A stretch of 64,000 nt of DNA, taken from the NCBI RefSeq assembly GCF_009914755.1, contig NC_060940.1; one strand, 5' to 3'. Shown here piece by piece: positions 29,901-44,930 of the stretch (positions are counted from its first letter, which is position 1; every line of letters starts with the position of its first letter). The position numbers and the translations under genes were made by a program. The notes beneath the pieces were generated by a model, which had not been told where the DNA came from, ran no database searches, and saw only the letters and a list, made by a program, of their open reading frames with translations. The stretch is from the human T2T-CHM13v2.0 reference genome, Homo sapiens.

Positions 29901-32120
29901 ATATGAGAAGAATATAAAAACAACCCACTATTATGAGCTGAGATATAATTTTTGAAATAGGTTAGTAACTTTGAGATTTCTGGGATGATTTAAAAAAACA
30001 GTTCTGCCATTCTGAAATTGTCATATGTACAAGCATACATTCTCATGGGGCATTTTTGGGACAGTAGCTTCGGCCAAATTCCAGAGCTTGAAAGAGCCCC
30101 TGATCTCATGCATATTTTTAGTGCATACTTTTAGGCCAATTCTGAGCCATCTCCTGGGACTTTCTGTACCAGGCCAGTTCCCAGTTTTGTTTCTGCCATA
30201 TGCATTAGGCAAGAGATTCCAAGGCATTCTTTGCAGGGGTTGGATGAGGTACACATTCAGTTTCATTGCATCCCAGAAGTTTTAAACTCCCTGGGGATTC
30301 AGAACATATTGCTACCTTACACTGTATAAGCCTGGGAAACAGGGGTCCACCTGCATTCTCAAATGACCCTCCTGCAATTAGAAATGAGATTTCTAGTAGG
30401 ACTTCTATTTCAGTGTTAACACCAGACAATAGCCTTTGGCTCTCTCTAACAAGATCGGCAAGCCAGGCTCTGCAAATTGGCTAAATTTATATTGCACACT
30501 AGACCCTCTGAATAAGTAAGAAGGAAATTCTTTCGTTGGCTGGAAAAGAATCTATACAGATTCTATCTTAATCATGGTCTCTAAATAGGCCACACAAGTC
30601 CGGTGGGCAGGAGCCACATCAGAGGATGGGGACGGGATCTCGGAGTTTAGAGTGTCTGTAATGAAACGCTACACCTGCTACCTCTCAAAGTGGAATTGAT
30701 TGGATAAAAACTTAGTACACAAGTGTCATCCTGTGCTTGCTTCCCAGACGTTCAAAATCTAAAGTTTAAGGTGCTATTTTCCTAGAGCCTGGAAGATGCT
30801 CTGAATTCTTAGTGAGATAAACAGTGACCTGGCATACTGGAGGTACTCTATGTGGGAAAATAAGCAAACTGGGTGGGACATTAACTCTGGTACACTCTGT
30901 CATCTAATATTCATTTGATGTAACACAAACCTACTTTCCATACTGGCCAGAGTGCAAGAGGAATTTATTTACCCACCGAGGGAAAAACTGAGGGCCTGGT
31001 TTAGCTGCAGGCATGGCTTGATCAGGGGTTAAAATGATGTTAACAAGATTTAATTCCTCTCTTCCTTTGTCTTTAAATTGTGACTTGACTTACCTCATAT
31101 TGGATTATGTTGGAACCTTTTTTTTCCTTTTTGTCTTTTCTTTTTCTTTTTTTTTAATACAATTTATTCCATCATGGTCAAAAGACAGACGCAGTGTTTT
31201 CAGAACTTACATCCTCCTGGTTTCAAATTTCTTGTGAGTAGAGGGAGAATCTCTTTTCCTGAAGGTGAAGCACACAATATATTGTGCCTCCTTGTCTCTG
31301 TTTGGGCCACATACCCAATCCCTGAACTAATCAGTGAGGCAAATGCATAGATCTAAGTATAAACTCGCTTAGCCCTGGTTCACACCTCTTCCCTCATAGT
31401 TAGAGAAGTTGGGAGAAGGACATCATCTCCACCCAAAATCATGGATTGAATCCAGGGAGAACTGATTGACCCAAAGCTCATTCAAGGTGTACGTACAAGC
31501 AGGAGCATGTTTGGACCTGGTGGCAAAGAGTTCAAATTTAACACAGATATTAAAGAAAAATGTTAAATGTGCCCTTTAAGGAAACCACTTAAAATTCCTC
31601 CTGCACAGAGCATCATAAGCTGTCTTCTCTTGCTGTCTTCTCTTTCTGCAAGCATGATCTACAGGATGAAGGTACATGCACCTTCCACTTCATCTTGCAG
31701 CCCCTGCTCTTCATGGAAATATCTATCTATGCCTCCTACCTACATTCTTTGTCCCTACATCTACTCTTAAACATGCCCTGATGAAGATAGGAAAATTCCT
31801 CTTTATTATAGTAATAGCTATTACTTATTGCTCCCTTAGGATATACCTGGTATGATGCAAAATCCTTTACACACACACACAAAAAATCATTTAATCTTCA
31901 CAGAAACTCTAGGAGGCCAAATCTACTGTGTATACAGTGAGAAAAATGAAAGTCAGGAGGAGGATGAAGCTCAGGCAAGAACACGGAGCTACTAAGTGGA
32001 AGAAAAGGGTTCCATTATACGATTCCTGCACCAGTGTTCACAACTCTACAATGATTCCATTCAGTTCCGTTCTTCACTCTGTTGAACCGATTCCACACGG
32101 AAGGGCTTCTCCTTGCTCAC

Positions 32121-32483
32121 TGATATGGTTTAGCTGTGTCCCTACCCAAATCTCATCTTGAATTGTAGCCCCCATAATCCCCATGTGTCATGGAAGGGAC
32201 CCAGTGGAAGGTAATGGAATCATGGGGGCAGGCTTTTCCAGTGCTGTTCTCGTGATAGTGAATAAGTCTCATGAGATATGATGGTTGTATAAAGGGCAGT
32301 TCTGCTGCACATGATTTCTTGCCTGCCTCCATGTAAGACGTGCTTTTGCTCCTCCTTCACCTTTTGCCATGATTGTGAGGCCTTCCCAGCCACATAGAAC
32401 TGTGAGTCCATTAAACCTTTTTTCTTTATAAATTACCCAATCTTGGGTATGTCCTTATAACAGCGGAAGAACAGACAAACACA
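32121..32483 (+). mobile_element. THE1 solo LTR
   Basis: tgatatggtttagctgtgtcc...acagacaaacaca; TSD ctcac/ttcac. Confidence 0.92.
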
Positions 32484-33243
32484 TTCACTTTTCCTTAGAT
32501 CTGAGGCTTCCCTCTCTAACCTTCATTGCTATACTCCTCCCTCACAACTGTAAGTATGCTTTAAGCTCCAGAGCACTGGCTGGGAGTCCAATGCCTTCTT
32601 TCACACCATTCCTCCTCCCTGTGATAGGAAGCTTGTCTTCTAGATATGACTATGTTTTCTACTTGAAAACTGCCACGTGCTTGGCCCCAGGGACCCTACC
32701 CACTGCTTGTGTTCTTCATCTCTCTGCCCACTGACTGGGGAATCCTACGCTGGCAGTATTGTACATTCCTTCTTATCTTCCCTGCCAATAAGAAGCTGCC
32801 TCCCACAAGATAGGTGAACCAAAAATTTGCAGAAAATAAATGTAAATGCCCCATGGCACTATGCATAGAGGCTCAACATCACTGAGAATAAAAGGGATAC
32901 CAATTAAAATGACACCATGATAACCATTTACTACCTATTAGATCGGCAAATATTCACAAGCTGAACAATGTATTCCGTTGGTGAAGCTGTGGGGAAACAC
33001 ACTCATCCATCCTGGTGTGAATGCAAAAATGGTACCATCCTTATGAAGAGAAAATTGGCAATGCTTACCAAAAAAATCTATGTATGTATTGATCCTTCGA
33101 CTCAGGATTTCCACATTAAGAACTCTATTCCAAGGAGAAGTTGTCAAAAACATGAACACACAAATGCACAAGCCTGGTCATTGTAGTACTATTTGTAATA
33201 TTTGCAAAGGATGGGAGAATACCTAAATTTCCATCAATGGACC

Positions 33244-33531
33244 TTATTTATTTTATTAGACAGTGTCTTGCTCTGTAGCCCAGGTTGGAGTGCAGTGGTG
33301 TGATCTTGTCTCACCGTACCTCTTAGGTTCAAGTGATTCTTGTACCTCAGCCTCTCGGGTAGCTGGAATTACTGCCACCACACCTGGCTAATTTTTGTAG
33401 TTTTTTTTTTTTTTTTCTTGAAGAGATGGGGTTTCACCGTGTTGGCCCTGCTGGTCTCAAACTCCTAGCTTCAAGTGATCTGCCCACCTCAGCCTCCCAA
33501 AGTGCTGGGTACAGGCATAAGCCACCACATT
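33244..33531 (-). mobile_element. Diverged Alu (J/S)
   Basis: Reverse Alu with small deletions. Confidence 0.88.
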
Positions 33532-33605
33532 AGACTAGTATAATAAACTATGGTACATCCACACAATGGAGTACTGTCCAAATATAAAAAAAGAAATGAG
33601 GAATA

Positions 33606-34573
<968 letters not shown>

Positions 34574-35351
34574 TACCTCTATATATCATTAAGATGTGAT
34601 CACCAGGATATATTAAGTAAAAATAAGGTGCAAAATAGTGGATATAGCATGCTACTTTTTCCCTAAAAAATGAAGCAGATATGAAGAGATATTCAGTTTT
34701 GTGCATATGTGTATATAAACAATAATAGAATGCACAAAAACTAAAAAAGAAGTTACCTAATACAAATGGTATGAAATACGTGAAGGGGAGGTGGATATAA
34801 ATTACATTTCTCTGAATATAATCTGTTCCAAAGATTTTACTTTTTAAGCATGTAAATATTCTACAAAATTATAAAATCAAATTATATGAAACAATCTAAA
34901 ACAATTCCTTCAAACGTAAAGCCAAACGAAGTAAAATAACTAAACTATGTCAAGTTCGCGGCTTAACAGTGAGAAATTATGTTACACTACTTTAAAATAC
35001 ACTAATTTGCCTGTATCTCCCTGTGGGATACAGCTTAAGGTTAAAAATAACTAAAGAAATTGCAAGTTATTTTCAGTTAACATATTGTTAGTTGTGATAT
35101 TGCTGCTGTTACTCTGGAACTGTTGTACGAATGTGGTAGGATAAAGAAGTGAGTAATTATATTGATGCTACTTGGGCCAAGGATTTTGTCATAAGGAAGC
35201 AAGACCCAAGTATAGAATCAGAAAACTTCAGTGTAAACCTTTTGACCTAAAATGTGAGTTGAAGGTATCAGCATGAATACCTGATGCATTCTCTCTTTTA
35301 AAAAAAAAAGAAAAAAGTTCATTTCCTACCTTAGTCAATTTTAAAGACCTA

Positions 35352-35392
35352 TTAGGTGGGTGCAAAAGTAACTGCAGTTTTTGCTATTACTT
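35352..35392. mobile_element. Half MADE1 (Hsmar1 TIR)
   Basis: ttaggtgggtgcaaaagtaactgcagtttttgctattacttt; the second arm is absent after the Alu. Confidence 0.75.
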
Positions 35393-35693
35393 TATTTATT
35401 TATTTATTTTCGAGATGGAGTTTTGCTCTTGCCACCCAGGCTGTAGTACACTGGCACGATCTCGGCTCACTCCAAACTTTGCCTCCTGGATTCCAGCGAT
35501 TCTCCTGCCTTGTTGGCCTTCTGAGTAGGTGGGATTACAGGCACGTGCCACCATGCCTGGCTAATTTGTGTATTTTTAGTAGAGACAGGGTTTCACCATG
35601 TTGGCCAGGCTGGTCTCGAACTCCTGACCTCAGATGATCCGCCCGCCTCAGCCTCCCAAAGTGCTGAGATTACAGGTGTGAGCCACCGGGCCC
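35393..35693 (-). mobile_element. AluS
   Basis: Reverse full Alu with (TTTA)n tail. Confidence 0.93.
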
Positions 35694-36129
35694 ATCCACC
35701 GTTACTTTTAACAGAAACAATGACATAGCCCAGACTGCAGTTTCTAAATACTATTCGCCACTTAAAGAAACTAGGGATCCTTGGATACAAGTAGTCAATT
35801 CCTGGTCTGGGGCAGGAAATACAAAAGGTGTGCCCAGAACATCTTATTCTACCAGAAGGCAGGAGGATTATCAAAGATCACTGGGGTCACATCAAAAGAA
35901 TTCAAGAGAGGTTCCCAAGAAGATATTTCTACTAGCCCAAGGTTGCTTAATGTTCGTTTCAAAAAGAATATATGCAATAAATGTAAACAACTAAATATGT
36001 TAAAAATTAATGAGTTCAAACTAACACTTTACAAAAAAAAGAAACCTCAATGGTCATCTGTGGAGGTGTTAGGATACCAACTTATTTTTCAGAAAACTGA
36101 TGATAAAGGGAAAACATAAAAAGCTTAAC

Positions 36130-36580
<451 letters not shown>

Positions 36581-36863
36581 TTAACCTGATTTTCCTATAT
36601 TAACTCTACTTTGAGGTAATCAAAGAGTTGATAGTGCAGAGTTCTTCTTTTAGAAAAATCTCAGCTACTAATCAAATGATAGAGTTATACTATCACAACT
36701 TTGTACCCATAAAAAAATGGCTCCAGGAAATGGTCATCAATAGTAGCTAAAATAATTAGGCAAAAAGCTAAAGAAGAACTTTAGAATGGGTGAATCAGGC
36801 TGTTACCACTTATACCCATGGGTAAGTCTTAAAAAAGAGTTAACCAGATTTAACCTGTTAACC

Positions 36864-36980
36864 AGACAGGTTCTTGCTGTGTTTCCCAGGCTGATCTCAA
36901 ACTTCTGGCCTCAAGTGATCCCTCCACCTTGGCCTCCCAAAGTGCTGGGATTACAGGCGTGAGTGACTGCACCCAGCCCA
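36864..36980 (-). mobile_element. FLAM_C-like monomer
   Basis: Reverse left monomer only. Confidence 0.8.
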
Positions 36981-37033
36981 GAACTCTTTAAAATCAAAAT
37001 TGTACAGTCAGCGTTCTCAGATGTAAACAATAG

Positions 37034-37575
37034 TGTAATAACCACATTTTCTGGTTTCTGTATTTAACGCTTGGACATCTTAGGGCCTTGCTGACCTCAG
37101 AAGGATAGGCCCTTTCAGGGCGAGCCAATGCTTAGAAATAGTAAATGACTCACCTGCGAGCATGCTTTTCATATGCAAACCAACCAACCAACCAACCCGA
37201 GCTCATATCCCCAGCTGTCTCCTTAACGGGACTCTCACTCTCTCTGGGCCACTGTCCATCTGCCCATATTACCCCAGGGCTGGTACCATACAACTAGAGA
37301 CAGCCCCTACACCCCAGGGTTTGCTGAAATTATGCCAACTAGCCAATCCTAAAGCAGCTTATCCTGTCTAACTCATTTCTTCCAGCAGAAACCACAGTCA
37401 AGTCTCTTGCCCATGTCCTTCCTTCTCTCCCTCTACATCCTACCCACCCCTGGGGCTCCCCCTTAAAGTCCTGTGTGGCATGGAGTGCCTCCTGTTTCTA
37501 GAGAACTGTCAGTAAAAACTTCCACGTCTGTGTTTCCTTCCATACCTGATTAAGACAAATCTCACACACTCTTAA
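37034..37575 (+). mobile_element. ERVL solo LTR, MER74-like
   Basis: gggccttgctgacc, agccaat..ttagaaatagtaaa and ttcatatgcaaaccaacc. Confidence 0.6.
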
Positions 37576-37660
37576 AGCAAATAGAAATCAACTCTGGCCT
37601 ACTTAGGTAGCAAAAGATCATGAGAAGCTCATGCATATTAACAGCAAAGCAGGCAATCAT

Positions 37661-38528
37661 TACTGGGGCTCAGAAAAACATTACCCCAACATGAAGGCCT
37701 CAGAAGCAGCCTGTGTTTTCTCTGACATTCTCCTGCCCTCCTGTCTGTCTGTCTCATTCTCCCCCAAGGCTAGCCATAGAAACCAGAATCCCTCTTCCCC
37801 AAGGATGGGTCAAAGAAACTAGAATCCCTTTTCCCCAAAGCCAACCTTAAAACCTAAAAATATTCTATGTAAAAACTGGCCATGCTGGGTGCACTGGCTC
37901 ACGCCTGTAATCCCAGCACTTGGGAGGTCAAGACGGGTGGAACACATGAGGTCAGGAGTTGGAGACCAGCCTGGCCAACATGGTGAAATCCCATCTGTAC
38001 TAAAAATACAAAAAGAAAAAAAAAAAAAAAAACCAGGCATGGTGGCGTGCACCTGTAATCCCAACTACTCAGGAGGCTGAGGCAGGAGAATTGCTTGAAC
38101 CCGGGAGACAGAGGGTGCAGTGAGCCGAGATTGCACCAAAAAAAAAAACTGGTCATAAACAAATTACCTCACCTACCTTGTTTGATTGTGGGTCACAGGA
38201 TCCCCCACCCCGCCCCACTTCCAGAGAGGACCCTGCCCCGCATGCAGAGGAAGGAATACATGCTCAGAGAGACTATGAAGAATCTAGACAGACAGGCCTT
38301 GCTGGGTTTCCCCACTCCATCTGTCAGCATTTGATCAGACCCTTTTTGTCCCATCCTATTTCTACATGGCTGTCCATACATTGTTGGACATAAGCATGAA
38401 AATAGACAATTTCCCTTGACTCTTTGGGTCTTCATTCTTAGGGCTCCTATATACACACATTAAGTATATTTGTATGCCTTTTCTCCTATTTATCAATCTG
38501 CTTCATAGCAATGATTTTTCAGTGAACC
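37661..38528 (+). mobile_element. ERV1 LTR, MER39-like, split by an Alu
   Basis: tggggctcagaaaa...accccaacatgaaggcctcagaagcagc, ggctagccatagaaac and gacagacaggccttgctgggtttcccc. Confidence 0.6.
37884..38148 (+). mobile_element. AluS lacking its last ~40 nt
   Basis: Ends gagattgcacc + poly(A); TSD aaaaactggccat/aaaaactggtcat. Confidence 0.9.
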
Positions 38529-39413
38529 TAGACTTAGAAAATAAGCAAAACCCAGAGAGGTCTAGCCGTGCAATGCCCGGCCAAGGCCACTTTGCAGGAT
38601 ATTCTGTCAAGGGTGCGATCACTGACAAAGCCACTTTGGGACGCTCAGAGCCTGCTGGGCTCTCAACACCACCAGTGCCACCAGATGCTTGATGCTTTCA
38701 TGACTAAATCCTCAAGATGCAAAGTCCTAGGCATGAGCTTCCGATTGACCAAGCCTACATTATGTAACTACCCTCCAGGTGCCAGGAGGTAGCAAAAAAG
38801 GAATATTTGCTCTCTTTGGCTTCTGTCAATCAAGAAAGTACTTCCTACTAGATACACAAAGGATGCATCTCCTATATGTAAAAAGAATGTTTACACCCTA
38901 AGTAACAAAAAAAAAAAGTCAGAAGACCACAAGGGAAGCCACAGAGAAATGCAAAGAAGGTAAGTTTTACCTTGTCACTTGCAGAGCATGTGCTAACATC
39001 ACCAAATATCACAGCCTAATAAATCATGAAATTTTTTAAGCCAGGAGAGATTGGTGTTAATTGATTCACGGGCCATGAAGGACTAGTTCGGGGCTGCACA
39101 TCTATTCATCATGAGGCTTCCGGTGACTTTTCAGAGAAGCCCTTTAACTTCTGTGGCATCTAATTCAATTAAAGGATTGAGAGTTTCACTGAGTAGAAAC
39201 TGCAGATGAAAACCCAATATTCTTTCATTTGACTCAAAATTATATTATCCATACTAAGAACATGAGAGAGGTCAAGGAGCATGAGTCATGATAAAGAGCA
39301 GCTCATCGAAATGACTCTGCAGGAACCTCTGCAGGCCAACGCCATTCAGAAGAGCCTTGACTCAGAATTGTGACTTTAAGAGAGACAGAGAGAGAGAAAA
39401 AACAACAGAGTCA

Positions 39414-40075
<662 letters not shown>

Positions 40076-40799
40076 TTCAGTTTTAAAGACAAACTAAAGC
40101 TATTTTTGATGAGTAAAATAAAATTGCTCATATTTAATAGTATCTCTCTTTCTACACCATGCCTTCCCCTAAAAGTTACCATTAAATTAATCAGTAAGAG
40201 AATGATAGTAAATGTCAAGTCAATATCGGTGTACAGATATGGGCTTGGGGGTGGAACCATCCAGACTAGATGGCCTTTCTTCTCCTTTGCCTTTTCTGAC
40301 CTTGCACTTGCCTGAACTTCCTCATCTCTGCAGAGCCCACAGTTCCAGGTCTAAGCTGTGTCTGGGCTGAGTGGTGCATAGGATCCAGGGGATGTGAAGC
40401 CTCTGATTTTCCCCCAATGAGCTGTGCAAGGAAGCCATCTTTGCTGTGAAGTGAGAGAGACCCCTGAGAAGAAAGGGCAGGAAGACAGACCCGTGGCTGT
40501 GGATTCACTTCTTGGACTCAGCCCTATAACCAGTGACCAGATTCCCCTACAACGCTCAAGGAATTTGTCCTTCCTTCCTGTTGATCCTATTATAGCTTTG
40601 ACTGCACACAAGCCCAGAGAAACAGGGGCTGGGGATCAGCAGGAGGAAGCTGCTGCTCCCTCGGCTCTGTCCACTGTAACGTACTCAAGGCCAGGAGCCA
40701 CCTATCACCCAAAACACTCAGTGTCTCCCCAAATCACGTTTCTGAAATCGGTAAACCTTTCTTTATCAAAGTTATGAATCCTGCCTTGCCTTATTGTTA

Positions 40800-40965
40800 G
40801 ATTCAATTTTTGAGTCACTTGTTATGTTCTGGGAACTATATATACATTATCTCATTTAATCATCACAAATACTCTGTGGGTGTTGATATTTACCCTCCCT
40901 CCTCCCATTTTGCAGATGACATAATTGAGCCTCAGAAACGAAGACAGGATTTGACTCCAAGCTCT
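40800..40965 (-). mobile_element. MIR
   Basis: tctcatttaatcatcacaa...cccattttgcagatgacataattgagcctcaga. Confidence 0.7.
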
Positions 40966-41034
40966 GTCTGTGCATCTTGTTTTAATTTATTGTTTTAATC
41001 AGCACTGAACTAATCAGATTCTCCTCTAAATATG

Positions 41035-43270
41035 CCTTTTTTTATAACAGCTTTACTAAACTTTAATTCACATATTAAACAATTGTGGATTTTTTTTGTT
41101 TTGTTTGAGACAGAGTTTTGCCCCTCTTCCCCAGCCTGGAGTGCAACGGCACGATCTTGGCTCACTGCAACCTCTGACTCCTGGGTTCAAGCAATTCTCC
41201 AGCCTCAGCCTCCCACTCGTAACTGGGACTACAGGCACCTGCCACTATGCCCAACTAAGTTTTGTATTTTTAGTAGAGATGGAGTTTCACCATGTTGGCT
41301 AGACTGGTCTCGAACTCCTGATCTCAGGTAATCCACCCGCCTTGGCCTCTCAAAGTGCTGGGATTACAGGCATGAGCCACAGCGCCCGGCTCTCACTCTT
41401 TTAAAGTATGCAATTCAATGGTTTTTACTATAGTCACAGAATTATGTCATCATCCCCAATATCTAATTCCAGAATGTTGTCATCACCCCTCGAAGAAACC
41501 CTGTGTCCATTAGCAGTTACTTCCCATTCCCCTAACCCCACTTCTGGCAAGCACTAATCTGTTTTTTGTCTCTACAGAGTTCATATTCTGAGTATTTCAC
41601 ATGATTCCATTTATATGAAATATCTGTGTCTGGCTGCTTCTTTTTTTGTGTCTGGCTTCTTTTACTTAGCATAATGCTTTCAAGGTCCATATAAGCTGTA
41701 GCATGAATCAGTACTTAAATCCTTTTTAGGGCTAAGTAATATTCCAGTGTATGGATACACCACATTTTGTTTATTTATTCATCAATGGATAAACACTCGA
41801 GTTGCTTCCACTTTTTTTTGCTAACATGGGTAATGTGCCGTGAACATTCATGTACAAGTTTTTACATGGACATATGTTTTCAATTTTTGTGGGTATATAT
41901 CTATGAGTGGAATTTCTGGGTTATATGGCAACTCTATATTTAACTTTTAAGGAACTGCCAAAGTGGTTTTTACAATATCTGCATCATTTTATGTTCTCAC
42001 CAGCAACGTATGAGGGTTCTAAGTTTCCCACATCCTTTCCCACATTATCATTTTCCAACACTGTCTTGTTTATTATAGCCATCCTGGCAGGTATGAAGTG
42101 GTATCTTATTGTGATTTTGAATTGCATTTCCCCAATGACTTAAGATATTGAGCATCTTTTCATGTGCTTACTGGCCATTTGTGTATCTTCTTTGGAGAAA
42201 TGTCTATTCAAATTATTTTCCCATTTTCAACTGGGTTATTTGTCTTTTACTGTTGAGTTATAGGAGTTTTTAATTCCAGACACAAATCCCTTATCAGGTA
42301 TATTACTTGCAAATATATTTTTCCATCTTGTGAGCTGTCTTTTAACTTTCTTGATAGTTTAACTTTGAAACGTATACATTTTTAATTTTAATTAAGTCAA
42401 ATTCATCTGGATTTTTGTTGTTGTTCATACTTTTGCTGTCATATCTAAAAAACTATTGCCTTATCCAAGGCCCTGAAGATTTATTCCCATATTTTCTTCT
42501 AAGAGTTTTGTAATTTAACTCTTAGGTTTAGGTCTGTAATTTATTTTGAGTTAGTTTTTGCACATATTGTTAGGGAGGAATCTAACTTCTTTCTTTTGCA
42601 TATGGATATCCAGTTGTCCCAGCACCATTTGCTGAAAAGACTTCTTTTTTTTTCTTTGAGTTATCTTGGTACCCTTGTAGAAAATGTAAGGGTTAATTTC
42701 TAGACTCTCAGTTTTCTTCCATGGATCTATATATCTATCCTTATGCCAATACCACACTGCCTTGATTACTGTAGCTTTGTAGTAAATTTTAAAAGGAGGA
42801 AGCATGAATCTTCCAAGTCTTTTTTCCTCAAGAATTTTTTGGCTATTCTGGGTCCCTTGCACTTTCCTATCAATTTTAGGAGGAGTTTGTCAAATTCTGC
42901 TGGGATTTTAGGATTGCTCAGAACATGTAGATCAGTTAGGAAATATTGTCATCTTAAGTCTCCCAGTCATTGAACATGAGATATATTTCTATTTATTTAG
43001 GTCTCTTTTATTTCAATGATGTTTGTAGTTTTCACTGTATACGTTTTGTACTTCCCTTATTAAATTTAACCCTGAGTTTTTTTTATTATTTTTGATGCTT
43101 TTGTAAATGGAATTGTTTTCTTCCTTTCCTTTTGGATTGTTCATTGCTAGTATATGGAAACACAATCGGTTTTTGTATATTGTTCTTATATCCTGCAACC
43201 TTGCTGAACTCACTGATTAGTTCTAATAGATTTTCATACGTGAATTCTTCAGGATTCCCTGTCTACATAC
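41035..43270 (-). mobile_element. L1MB-class 3' portion (ORF2 C-terminal half plus 3'UTR)
   Basis: Minus-strand ORFs give FKIYYKATVIKAVWYWHKDRYIDPW and other L1 ORF2 peptides; L1MB-type 3'UTR. Confidence 0.88.
41089..41391 (-). mobile_element. AluS
   Basis: Reverse full Alu inside the L1. Confidence 0.93.
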
Positions 43271-44759
43271 ATGAGACATTCCTGGGTGGAGACCAAAATT
43301 CCTGGATGGTCTCTTCAGATCCAAACATCCCATTATTTGTAAGCATAGCCCTCTCTTACCCTGTTCAAATGGACTTTTTTGCTTTTGTTGATGTTTTATT
43401 CATTTTTACCACCCAGTATTCATTTCCTCTCTTCTGGAAATAGTATTTTATTTTTTTCCAGGAATACACGCTCTCCTTCTCACTCTGTCCATAGTCTTCA
43501 GAGAATATAGCTCCAGGAATGGGCATGTGATATAAGCCTAGCCATCATGTCTATCTGGCTACTATTAGTTCAGGTCTGGGCACATGGTACAATTAGGACC
43601 AATGGGTTGCAATCTCAGGACTTTGAAAAGCATACCACAAGATCATATAGTTGTCTTTTCTGGCAGACTTATTAGAGCCAACACAGAGAAAAACAGAGAA
43701 GAGAGATGGAGAGAGATTGGGTCTGATTCTTCACTTCAGCCCAGAATCACATTACACTGGGAACTCAGTCTAGCCCTTGACTAGTTCAGTGTGTGAACCA
43801 ATAAACTCTCTTTATGCATTAGGCAGTTATCTATCACCCACATTGATGTTATTTCAGACCATGTGCGAGGCATTGCTACTCATAAGAGACCAGTATTTTC
43901 CCTTTGCAACTCCTAAAGGCTTTATGCTTAAGTGAATTGTCTAGTGATTAAAGGATAGCAAATACTTTAAAAAAATTATGTTCTCTGTTTCCATTCTATG
44001 AAGGAAGCCCAAGTCAAGAAAACTGATTTTCATTAAGGGTGTACATATTTGAATTATTTAGCTCTACATTTGGTAATGCACTTGGCTTGAATTTCAAGTA
44101 CAGTCCCTCTGATGGCTAATTTAACATAAAACACAGTCCAGGCTTCCTTTTTTTTCCAGCAGTTTTTGCTAATGGTGACTTTGCCATCAGAGGGTCTAGG
44201 ACCATGCAGACTCAGCTCTATAGTATTTTTTAAATGAATCCCCTTAGATGGAAAGAGCCAGCTTATATTTACCGAGATAAACTTTTAGAGTTTTGCATTA
44301 TATCCAACAGTGTTAAGCAAGAAAAAAAAAAAAACCTTCCAATAATCAGTTCCACGAGAGAGGCTGTTGACTTTTATTCGTTTCTATAGCTCATGAACCC
44401 AACCTTGAATTCCAGAGAGAGAAAGCTACCCTCAGCTTGTGATTTAACAAGTTCTGCAGTTCACGAGGAACTGAAGAGGTTTTTAGCTCTGGATACCATC
44501 CCTCTGGCTCCATTCTTTTAGCTGATAGAGAACAGGATATTACTCTAGGGAAGGAGGTTCTTTTATCTCCCAGCTGTAGCTTTCTTTAGAGAAAGGGGAT
44601 TGTGGAAGTCAAAACATCGTCCTTCCCTGAATAGACGAGATTGATTTATTAGTTGGCATCTTTATAATCCTTTCCTAAGTAAAGGCAAGAAACAGTGCTT
44701 ACCAGCGTGGATTTAAAGCTCCTCATATATGGACCAAAAATTTGCCACTCCCACTCACT

Positions 44760-44930
44760 AGAATGTGTCCATGGAAAAGGTCCTGAACCAGTCTGAGCCT
44801 TAGACTCCTTTTCTGTAAAATGCAGTTGATAATAAAGCCTACCTCATGGGACCGATTTGAGAACTGCATGTGATAATGATGTAAAATGCACTTAGCTCAT
44901 GATGTCTAATAAGTGTTCCTTAAATATGTT
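44760..44930 (+). mobile_element. MIR
   Basis: ctgagccttagactccttttctgtaaaatg...cctacctcatggg...gataatgatgtaaaatgcacttagc. Confidence 0.7.

Noticed and set aside
40594-40756. Possible exon (tcctattatag ... cg/gtaaac)
   Set aside because: Splice signals are mediocre and the peptide is unrecognisable; it cannot be supported from sequence alone.
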